Below are positions 56,438 to 64,000 of a stretch of DNA of 64,000 bases, piece by piece. Position 1 is the first letter of the stretch. Every line of letters starts with the position of its first letter. Location: NCBI GenBank assembly GCA_041661245.1, contig JBAZUY010000001.1:156355-220354 (forward strand), read 5' to 3'. Under the pieces are notes generated by a model. It did not search any database, had not been told where the DNA came from, and saw nothing but the letters and a program-made list of their open reading frames with translations. This DNA is from an archaeon (GTDB lineage Archaea > Iainarchaeota > Iainarchaeia > Iainarchaeales > JAAZKV01). The translations under genes were made by a program, and so were the position numbers.

Positions 56438-59098
56438 TTACTTCTTCTTTCCTTTAGCATCTTTTGCAGCCATCTTTTCTTTGATTGCAGCGTGCGCAGC
56501 AGCTAATCTAGCAATAGGCACACGATATGGTGAGCAACTTACATTACTCATTCCGATTCTGTGACAGAATTCAACAGTAGCTGGATCTCCACCGTGTTCT
56601 CCGCAAATTCCAATATCGATGTTTTTATTCACGCCTCTTGCGAGTGCAACTGTTTGCTTCATCAATAGTCCAACACCTTCTTGGTCGATTGATTGGAATG
56701 GATCTCTTGCATAAATTCCTTTCTCAACGTATTTGCCTAAGAATTTACCTGCATCGTCTCTTGAGAATCCGCAAGTCATTTGAGTTAAATCATTTGTTCC
56801 AAATGACATGAACTCAGCTTCTTTTGCTAATACATCTGCTGTTAATGCAGCTCTAGGAACTTCAATCATTGTTCCAACAGTGTAGTGAACTTTTCCTTTA
56901 GCTCCAGTTTCTTTTGCAACTCTGTGTGTCAATGCAGCTAATGGAGAATATTCCTTAATGTTTCCAACGATTGGGATTTCTATTTCAGGAATTGCTTTAA
57001 TTCCTTTCTTAGTTACGTTCATCGCTGCGTTAAAGATTGCTCTTACTTGCATTTCCATTATTTCTGGATAAACAACAGCTAAACGACATCCTCTGAATCC
57101 AAGCATTGGGTTGAATTCGTGAAGAGATGCTATTGTATCAACTATTGCTTTAGGAGTTGTGTTTAACTCTTTTGCAATTTCTTCTATTTCTTTTACTTGA
57201 TCTTCTTTTGGCAAGAATTCGTGCAATGGAGGATCAAGCATTCTAATTATTACTGGTAATCCATTCATTGCTGTAAAGATTCCTTCAAAGTCTTCTTGTT
57301 GGTAAGGCTCAATTTTTGCTAAAGCTTTCTTTCTACCTTCAAGATCTTTTGCTAGAATCATTTCTCTAACAGCTTTGATTCTTGTTGCTTCGAAGAACAT
57401 GTGTTCAGTTCTAACTAGTCCGATTCCTTCTGCTCCAAATCCTCTTGCAATCTTTGCATCATTTGGTGTATCAGCGTTTGTTCTAACCTTTAGTGTTCTA
57501 AATGAATCTGCCCAACTCATTAAAGTTGCGAAGTCTCCACTTAAAGTTGGTTCAACAACAGGAACTTTTCCAATTATTACGTGACCAGTTGATCCGTTTA
57601 ATGAAATGTAGTCTCCTTCTTTTACTACTGTTGTTCCGCAAGTGAATTTCTTTCCTTTTTCATCCACTGTTAATTCGTCACATCCAGCAACACAGCACTT
57701 ACCCATTCCTCTTGCAACAACCGCAGCGTGAGAAGTCATTCCCCCTCTTGCAGTTAATATTCCAACTGATGAGTGCATTCCTTCAATATCTTCAGGAGAA
57801 GTTTCTAGTCTTACTAAAATTACTTTTTCTCCGTTTTCTGCTTGAAGTTTTGCTTCTTCTGCTGTGAAAACAACTTTTCCTACAGCTGCACCTGGTGAAG
57901 CTGGAAGTCCAGTAGTTAAATTCTTAGCATCTTTTAGCGCTTTAGTATCAAATTGTTTGTGTAGTAATTGATCTAGTGAAGCTGGATCTACTCTTAGTAC
58001 TCCTTCTTCTTTAGTAATCAATTTTTCGTTAACCATATCAACTGCGATTTTTACAGCAGCTGGTGCAGTTCTCTTTCCGTTTCTAGTTTGAAGCATGTAC
58101 AATTTTTCGTGTTCGATAGTGAATTCGAAATCTTGCATATCCTTGTAGTGCTTTTCTAGTTTAGATCTAATTTCAACTAATTCTTTGTAAACTTTTGGTA
58201 GAACTTTATCAAGTTCTTCAACTTTCTTTGGTGTTCTAATTCCTGCAACAACATCTTCTCCTTGTGCGTTCATTAAGAACTCTCCGTAGAATTTGTTTTC
58301 TCCAGTTGATGGGTTTCTAGTAAAAGCAACTCCAGTACCAGAATCGTCCCCAGTGTTTCCGAAAACCATTTCTTGAATATTAACAGCAGTACCCCAATCA
58401 CTTGGAACGTTGTTTAATCTTCGGTAAACTATAGCTCTATCGTTCATCCATGATCTAAATACAGCGTCTCTTGATCTCTTTAATTGTTCAATTGGATCTT
58501 GAGGGAAACTTTCTTTTGTTTCTTTTTTATAAATTTCTTTAAACTTTTCAACTAATTCTTTTAACATAGGGATTGTCATTTCTGTATCAAGTTTGATTTT
58601 GTTTTTGTGTTTTATTTCATCCATTGCGTGTTCGAATTTCATTCTGTCTACTTCCATTACAACATCAGCAAACATAGTGATGAATCTTCTGTATGAATCA
58701 AGAACAAATCTTTCGTTCTTTGTTGCTTTAATCATTGTAGCAGCAACAACATCGTTCATTCCTAAATTTAATATTGTGTCCATCATTCCTGGCATTGAAG
58801 CTGGAGCTCCAGATCTAACAGAAACTAATAAAGGGTTTTTTGTATCATTAAATTTTTTTCCAGTTTTCTTTTCAAGTTTTTTAACAGCTGTCATCATTTG
58901 TTCGTCAACAGCAGGAGTGTGTTTTTTTCCGTTTGCGTAATAAGCTTTACAAACATCAGTAGTAATAGTAAAACCGTATGGAACTGGTAATCCAGTGTTA
59001 GTCATTTCTGCTAAGTTAGCTCCTTTTCCACCAAGAAGTACTTTCATTGATCTGTCTCCTTCTTCAAACATGTACACTAATTTTTCTGCTTTAGCCAT
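56438..59098 (-). CDS. ppdK: Pyruvate, phosphate dikinase
   Basis: 886 aa. PEP-utilizer phospho-His region GGMTSHAAVVARGMG; ATP-grasp N-terminus; C-terminal PEP/pyruvate domain. Confidence 0.9.
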   Translation of the reverse strand: MAKAEKLVYMFEEGDRSMKVLLGGKGANLAEMTNTGLPVPYGFTITTDVCKAYYANGKKHTPAVDEQMMTAVKKLEKKTGKKFNDTKNPLLVSVRSGAPASMPGMMDTILNLGMNDVVAATMIKATKNERFVLDSYRRFITMFADVVMEVDRMKFEHAMDEIKHKNKIKLDTEMTIPMLKELVEKFKEIYKKETKESFPQDPIEQLKRSRDAVFRSWMNDRAIVYRRLNNVPSDWGTAVNIQEMVFGNTGDDSGTGVAFTRNPSTGENKFYGEFLMNAQGEDVVAGIRTPKKVEELDKVLPKVYKELVEIRSKLEKHYKDMQDFEFTIEHEKLYMLQTRNGKRTAPAAVKIAVDMVNEKLITKEEGVLRVDPASLDQLLHKQFDTKALKDAKNLTTGLPASPGAAVGKVVFTAEEAKLQAENGEKVILVRLETSPEDIEGMHSSVGILTARGGMTSHAAVVARGMGKCCVAGCDELTVDEKGKKFTCGTTVVKEGDYISLNGSTGHVIIGKVPVVEPTLSGDFATLMSWADSFRTLKVRTNADTPNDAKIARGFGAEGIGLVRTEHMFFEATRIKAVREMILAKDLEGRKKALAKIEPYQQEDFEGIFTAMNGLPVIIRMLDPPLHEFLPKEDQVKEIEEIAKELNTTPKAIVDTIASLHEFNPMLGFRGCRLAVVYPEIMEMQVRAIFNAAMNVTKKGIKAIPEIEIPIVGNIKEYSPLAALTHRVAKETGAKGKVHYTVGTMIEVPRAALTADVLAKEAEFMSFGTNDLTQMTCGFSRDDAGKFLGKYVEKGIYARDPFQSIDQEGVGLLMKQTVALARGVNKNIDIGICGEHGGDPATVEFCHRIGMSNVSCSPYRVPIARLAAAHAAIKEKMAAKDAKGKKK

Positions 59099-59250
59099 AT
59101 TTAATCCCCCATAAAAATAATTGAACTTTTTGAAAATCCACCAGACTTTCTTCTGAATAGATTGGGAAAAAAAGGTTAATAAAGGTAAGTAAAGGCTTTG
59201 ACTTAACTATAAAATGTCCCTAAAATAGAGTAGAATTAATTTATTAGTCC

Positions 59251-60867
59251 TTAACCAGTTATATTACTTTGAGTGACATTAATATCATATATTTTTCCAA
59301 CTGTTTCCCATCCCCAACTCATTCCTACTCCACCATATGCTAAGGGGTATTCTCCAGCGCCATAAACTGTGTCATTAAAATCCATGGTCTCGTGCCCATT
59401 AACTGTAACTCTTGTTCTGTTTCCATCAACTTCAATCTTAATGTGATTTATTCCAGTATTAGTGTAAGCTGCAATATTTCCTGAAGCCAAACTAACTCCA
59501 ACACCATGTTTAGGATTATCATATCCTGTTCCTTCAATCCAATAATCATGACTTCTTCCAAATCCCCACTCTCCTTTAGTGGAAGATCCAGGGCAATCAG
59601 CCGTTTGTAATGAAAAAGAATACCCTGTGCTCACAGGACTATTCCAACTCTCTTGTCCATTCACTGTTCTAAAAGCAAAAGTTGAACCCCTATAACAAGA
59701 AGGAATCCAATGTGGGTTAAAACTTCCCACTGCTAAATTCTCATAATCTACTTCCATAGTATAACTCGTCCAATTAGTATCTCCAATGTGAGTCATTATA
59801 GTTGCACTTCTTCCATTTCCCCAGTGACCATAATTAAATCCAACTCTTGATGCTGAGACTACATTTAAACTTCCACTCGATTGTCCAAATTGAAATCTCC
59901 ATAAATTCCAATTAGAATCAATTGTGCCTGAGTCAAAATTGTCGGAGAATAATACTGGAGAAATAGGAATGTGATAAGAAATATTTCTATCAGAAGCCGC
60001 ACTTGCAGAATTAACTGCAGTGTAACAAGTTACATTCCAATTATAATCCCCCTCGCTTGGAAGAGAATAATTAATTGAATAATTTGTATCAGAAAGAAGA
60101 AGAGAATTAATCAAAATATGATTTGCATCAAGATTAGAATTTATTTTCAAATTACAATCCAAAACATTCGCATCTAAACTTGCAACAGCAAAGTTAAACT
60201 CAACAATTCCATTCACAGTAATATTCCCATCAACAGGACTTAGCAGACTAACTATTGGAGGTCTAATTATTGGAACTTCAATTGGAACTACCACATTTTC
60301 ATCAGCCAAATCTAACGCACTAATACAAGTTATTGTTGTACTTATTTTGTAATTGTGATCAATTCCATATTCGCTAGTTCCATAAAAAATTATTTCACAA
60401 GTTTTTGTTTGGCCAACAAAACCATCACAACTACAAGCACTCCCCAAATCATCTAACAAAAATCCATCTTTTCCAAATGAAGACCAATCAGTATCTCTGG
60501 TGTTTACTTCTTTACCATCAACATTTATTCCTGTAATAGTCAAACCTGCGCCAGTGTTATTTCCCGCAGCAATATATCCTCGCCCATTAACATCAATTAC
60601 TGCCTCACTAATACTAATGGCGCCGCTAGTCTGAGAAATTTGCCCAGAAGCAGAAGAAATAGTACCCGCAGAACCAGAACCTGTTGAAGAAATCAATCCA
60701 ACAACAACTAAACTCAAAACAACAACAACCCCAATAATCACCAAATACTCAACAGTACCCTGTGCTGATGCCTGCGCCTCAAAAGGTGCACAGGACAGGC
60801 CTTGTCCTAAAGAGAGGGCTCTCCCCCTACAGGAGGGCTTGGAAGTAGAAACTGACTTACTTTTCAT
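59251..60867 (-). CDS. Large archaeal type IV pilin-like protein (class III signal peptide) with ConA/LamG-like domain
   Basis: AQGTVEYLVIIGVVVVLSLVVVGLI prepilin-like segment; Ser/Thr/Asn-rich beta body. Confidence 0.55.
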   Translation of the reverse strand: MKSKSVSTSKPSCRGRALSLGQGLSCAPFEAQASAQGTVEYLVIIGVVVVLSLVVVGLISSTGSGSAGTISSASGQISQTSGAISISEAVIDVNGRGYIAAGNNTGAGLTITGINVDGKEVNTRDTDWSSFGKDGFLLDDLGSACSCDGFVGQTKTCEIIFYGTSEYGIDHNYKISTTITCISALDLADENVVVPIEVPIIRPPIVSLLSPVDGNITVNGIVEFNFAVASLDANVLDCNLKINSNLDANHILINSLLLSDTNYSINYSLPSEGDYNWNVTCYTAVNSASAASDRNISYHIPISPVLFSDNFDSGTIDSNWNLWRFQFGQSSGSLNVVSASRVGFNYGHWGNGRSATIMTHIGDTNWTSYTMEVDYENLAVGSFNPHWIPSCYRGSTFAFRTVNGQESWNSPVSTGYSFSLQTADCPGSSTKGEWGFGRSHDYWIEGTGYDNPKHGVGVSLASGNIAAYTNTGINHIKIEVDGNRTRVTVNGHETMDFNDTVYGAGEYPLAYGGVGMSWGWETVGKIYDINVTQSNITG

Positions 60868-60950
60868 ACTAGAATGTTGTCCAAAGAAGTATATAATGTT
60901 TTTTAGTCCTCACAAAACGATTATTAATCAAGTAAACAAATAATACTATT

Positions 60951-61544
60951 ATGGCAACCACTCAACCAAAACCGGGTAAAGGAGGACTAAGAGTACTTGC
61001 TGCAAGAAACCAAAAGTATCACTTGACCGCTCCAAGGACAATAGAAAGAAGTGTCATTGTGAAAGCCAGATTAGGAAGAGTAAGAAGAAATTATTTGAGT
61101 GAACTAAGCAAAAGAAAAGGACTTGAATGGGTTAACACAAGAACCCCCTTAGGAACAATTGCTAATAAATCAGGCTATGAATTAATTGGAACAGGAATCA
61201 AAGGAATACCAATAAAAATTATTCCCCTAAAACGCGAAATCACTTTAGATCAAATAAAACCAGAACCACACAAAATTGCATTTATTCTTGATCCACTTGG
61301 AAGAATAAGATTCTTTTGCGCAAAAGATGTTTGGAGCAGACACTTGGAATGGAACGAAATAAGACAATTCAAAGTTTTACCAGGAAATAAGCCTGTTTTA
61401 GAAGCAAAAGAAATGGAATTAGCTTCATCCGCGACTCAAGAAGATTATGACATACACCTTGAACTTAACAAACACCGACACTCCATTAGTTACATTAAAC
61501 AAAACGCAATAAGAACACTAATTTTGTTAAGAAGACTACTTTAA
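60951..61544 (+). CDS. Hypothetical basic protein
   Basis: 197 aa; no motif. Confidence 0.4.
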   Translation: MATTQPKPGKGGLRVLAARNQKYHLTAPRTIERSVIVKARLGRVRRNYLSELSKRKGLEWVNTRTPLGTIANKSGYELIGTGIKGIPIKIIPLKREITLDQIKPEPHKIAFILDPLGRIRFFCAKDVWSRHLEWNEIRQFKVLPGNKPVLEAKEMELASSATQEDYDIHLELNKHRHSISYIKQNAIRTLILLRRLL

Positions 61545-61585
61545 TAAAAAAAAAATAAAAACGATTAGAAACTTAATATAATTGA

Positions 61586-61669
61586 TGCACGGGGACGGGA
61601 TCGAACCGTCGAACGCACTAAGCGGCAGGGTCCTAAACCCTGTGGGTTTGACCGCTCCCCAACCCGTGC
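61586..61669 (-). tRNA. tRNA-Leu (anticodon UAG), class II
   Basis: Reverse complement is GCACGGG-TT-GGG-GAGCGGTCAAA-CCC-A-CAGGG-TTTAGGA-CCCTG-[long variable arm]-GACGG-TTCGATC-CCGTC-CCCGTGC-A. Discriminator A; no CCA. Confidence 0.8.
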
Positions 61670-61812
61670 AAATAATTCTAACTCGCACTTAGTGCAAGTC
61701 TAGTCAATAAAATATTAATCCAAAGGACCTTTTATAAAAGTTGCTAGAAGCCGCAAAACTAAGTCAAAAAACTACTTCTTAGCGATTTTTTTAAATTTTC
61801 TACTACTAAGTA

Positions 61813-62598
61813 TTACTTTGACTCCCAATGAACAATTCGTTTTTCTAAAAAAATTATTAGTTTATTCAAAAAATAACCAATTAACCCAATAAGCAAAACT
61901 ACGGCGTAAAGTTTCGCCATATCATAAGAATACGCTGCATCAATAAGCACTTTCCCAAGACCGTGAGTAGTTCCCACAAACATTTCAGTAACTATTATTA
62001 CTACAATTGCAAGACTTGATGCAGCCCTTAATCCAACAAATATTGTAGGAAGCGCTTCCATTAAACGAACTTGAAAAAATATTTCAAACTGGGTTTTGTG
62101 CAAACTTCTCGCAACAAGCAAATACCCTTGCGTTGTGCTCCTCAAACCTTTTGCAACATGAAGCGCAAGGTAAATTGCACAAATCCACGCAGCAAGTGCA
62201 AGACTAGTAGAATCCCCCGCACCAAGAATGATTATGCACAACGGAAACAAAGCTGTTGCAGGAATACTTCTAAAAAAATCAAGCAAAGGAGAGAATGCAT
62301 CATAAATTTTTGTTGAATGAGCTAAAATTATTCCCATAACAAAACCAATAATGCCCCCAAATACTATCGCAATAACAATCTTTAGCAAAGTACTAACTAA
62401 ATCAATTACCATTTCATTTGAAAAGAATAATTCTACACCGCGTGTGAGTACTGCAAACGGATTAGGAAACAAAAATGAATTCACTACTCCGCTTAGGGAA
62501 ACTATTTCCCAAAGAAGCACAAGCAACACTGCACCCATGTAATGCAATGGATTGAAATTCGTCAAGTGATTTTTGTTTATTGTGTTCATAATATTCAC
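61813..62598 (-). CDS. ABC transporter permease (NitT/TauT-like)
   Basis: 6-TM permease; 4-nt overlap with the upstream ATPase. Confidence 0.7.
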   Translation of the reverse strand: MNIMNTINKNHLTNFNPLHYMGAVLLVLLWEIVSLSGVVNSFLFPNPFAVLTRGVELFFSNEMVIDLVSTLLKIVIAIVFGGIIGFVMGIILAHSTKIYDAFSPLLDFFRSIPATALFPLCIIILGAGDSTSLALAAWICAIYLALHVAKGLRSTTQGYLLVARSLHKTQFEIFFQVRLMEALPTIFVGLRAASSLAIVVIIVTEMFVGTTHGLGKVLIDAAYSYDMAKLYAVVLLIGLIGYFLNKLIIFLEKRIVHWESK

Positions 62599-63359
62599 TG
62601 CCCCCTTGTTAGAATTTCATAAACTTGTTTTCTTATCCCAAGAAATGCATCGGAGTAACGCATTTCGCTTGTGCGTCTTGGCCCTAGCCCAACAGAAATT
62701 ACTGCAACAATTGATGAAGGCTTTTCTGAGAGAATAACTATTTTATCTGAAAATAAAACTGCAGTATCAATATCATGTGAAACAATTACAGCAGTATTAT
62801 TTCCATCCTTAAGTTTGAAAAATGCATTTTCAACTATTTTGCTATTTGATTGATCAAGACCTGTTAAGGGTTCGTCAAATAATAAAATATCTGAGATTGC
62901 TGAAGCTCTGGCTATTCCAACCATTTGCTTTAAACCACCAGATAATTGATAAGGATAAAACAAAGCATAATCGCTAATCCAAAAATCGGCCAATTTATTT
63001 AATGCAATAGAATCATTATTGGATTTACTATCAGAAAGAGCAAAGGCAATATTTTCTTTTGAATTAAACCAAGGAAGTAAAGTGTTATTGCTTTGAGGCA
63101 AATAACCAACTTTCATATTTTTTTGATCAATTCCGTGAAACAAAACTTTTCCAGAATCTGCACTATCAAGCCCTGCAATTATTCTTAGCAATGTTGATTT
63201 ACCACAACCATTTGGCCCCAAGATAGAAACGAATTCTCCTTTTTGGATTTTTATGGAAAGATTGTTAAGGACAGGAAGTTTTTTTTGCCCTTGACTAGTC
63301 ACATATGATTTTGAAATTTTATTCAAAACAATTTGTTCAACCATATTCAACCCCCCCAA
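62595..63359 (-). CDS. ABC transporter ATP-binding protein
   Basis: Walker A GPNGCGKST, signature LSGGLKQM, Walker B LLFDEP. Confidence 0.8.
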   Translation of the reverse strand: MGGLNMVEQIVLNKISKSYVTSQGQKKLPVLNNLSIKIQKGEFVSILGPNGCGKSTLLRIIAGLDSADSGKVLFHGIDQKNMKVGYLPQSNNTLLPWFNSKENIAFALSDSKSNNDSIALNKLADFWISDYALFYPYQLSGGLKQMVGIARASAISDILLFDEPLTGLDQSNSKIVENAFFKLKDGNNTAVIVSHDIDTAVLFSDKIVILSEKPSSIVAVISVGLGPRRTSEMRYSDAFLGIRKQVYEILTRGQ

Positions 63360-63386
63360 TTCTTTTTTTATATAAAAAATATGTTT

Positions 63387-63500
63387 TCAACGTTTAGCGT
63401 AGCACGATTTACAATAATGCTTTAGGCCACTTGCATGGAAGACACCGATGTAATCAGTGGTCTCTATTCCGCAAACATTACAAACTTCAGCATCCTCCAT
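63387..63500 (-). CDS. Small zinc-ribbon protein (37 aa; below ORF-track cut-off)
   Basis: Hand-translated MEDAEVCNVCGIETTDYIGVFHASGLKHYCKSCYAKR with a CxxC...CxxC arrangement. Confidence 0.3.
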   Translation of the reverse strand: MEDAEVCNVCGIETTDYIGVFHASGLKHYCKSCYAKR

Positions 63501-63549
63501 ACATTATCCCCCCATAATATTTTACTTATTTTTTTAATTTCTCTATCGC

Positions 63550-64000
63550 CTAGTTCCTGATTAAAATTGTTCTAACATCCGGCGCACTTTTGATTACATT
63601 GTAATCCACAAATACGTTCACGAACTTTTGGTACGCACTAATTACTGATTCATTTGCATCCGAACTCAAAACCATTAATGGAGTTGGAGTTTTCTTTGCA
63701 ACAGCCTCAGGCAAAGACAAATACTTTACCAAGTATTCTCTTGTTGCTACATTTGAATCAGTTTCTTTAATTGCTTCACCCATTACTTTGATGAATGCTT
63801 TTGCTTCAGTTGGATGTGCATTCATAAAACTTGAAGTGATTACTCCTGCCCCTCCACACCAAGGATCTGCAACATTTTTTACTAAAGGATTAGCTACTAA
63901 GAGTTTTGATACTCCTTTGAACTCCCCAAGTGTTGAAGTTGGTTCAAGAGTAAGGACCGCATCAACTGCTCCTGAAGCAAGACTAGTTAATTGATTTGGA
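63550..64000 (-). CDS. ABC substrate-binding protein (NMT1/SsuA-like), partial; continues past window end
   Basis: The frame stays open upstream of the listed Met through position 64000 (hand-checked: ...DPWCGGAGVITSSFMNAHPTEA...). First gene of the SBP-ATPase-permease operon. Confidence 0.55.
   Translation of the reverse strand, partial: PNQLTSLASGAVDAVLTLEPTSTLGEFKGVSKLLVANPLVKNVADPWCGGAGVITSSFMNAHPTEAKAFIKVMGEAIKETDSNVATREYLVKYLSLPEAVAKKTPTPLMVLSSDANESVISAYQKFVNVFVDYNVIKSAPDVRTILIRN

Noticed and set aside
1-64000. Transposases/IS elements, integrases, rRNA genes
   Set aside because: I scanned the translations for DDE/serine-recombinase/tyrosine-recombinase signatures and for rRNA-like conserved stretches, and recognised none. 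The accessory island therefore lacks an obvious mobility gene in this window.

Overview
64 kb AT-rich chromosomal segment. It has clear archaeal hallmarks: three TrmB-family HTH regulators, an HTH_10/Bat-type regulator, a DRG-type GTPase with a TGS domain, an Mtq2/HemK-like NPPY methylase, two proteins with class III (archaeal type IV pilin) signal peptides, and tRNAs that do not encode CCA. It also carries many bacterial-type genes, so it looks like a small-genome (DPANN-like) archaeon; that placement is inference. 

Housekeeping content:
- Class Ia aminoacyl-tRNA synthetase (KMSKSKGN, Leu-like).
- Pyruvate phosphate dikinase and bacterial-type S-adenosylmethionine synthetase (MetK).
- Complete UvrA/UvrB/UvrC, TatD, acylphosphatase, a P-type (Ca2+/cation-type) ATPase and hemerythrin.
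- Two NitT/TauT-like ABC transporters and two orphan LivJ-type binding proteins.
- Three tRNAs: Trp-CCA, class II Ser with apparent anticodon ACU, and Leu-UAG.

Accessory content:
- A cluster of secreted/surface-anchored proteins at 1-5.6 kb and further surface proteins at 10.5-12.7 kb.
- Peptidoglycan-hydrolase-like genes (GH73-like, NlpC/P60-like), a secreted HKD nuclease and a radical-SAM+HhH DNA-repair-type protein.
- A defense island at about 49-56 kb: RHH-RelE toxin-antitoxin, a MutH/Sau3AI-like endonuclease with a C5-cytosine methyltransferase, an uncharacterised two-gene cassette (HEPN-like Rx4H protein plus PD-(D/E)xK nuclease-like protein), and a membrane HExxH peptidase.

Most notable non-coding signal: a recurring promoter-proximal motif GGAG..GTGTTTTGCCGG at seven sites upstream of uvrA, uvrB, the radical-SAM repair gene, a Bro-N/DinD-like gene, the methyltransferase and the toxin-antitoxin pair. 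It is a candidate DNA-damage/defense regulon operator.

No rRNA, CRISPR array or transposase was recognised.
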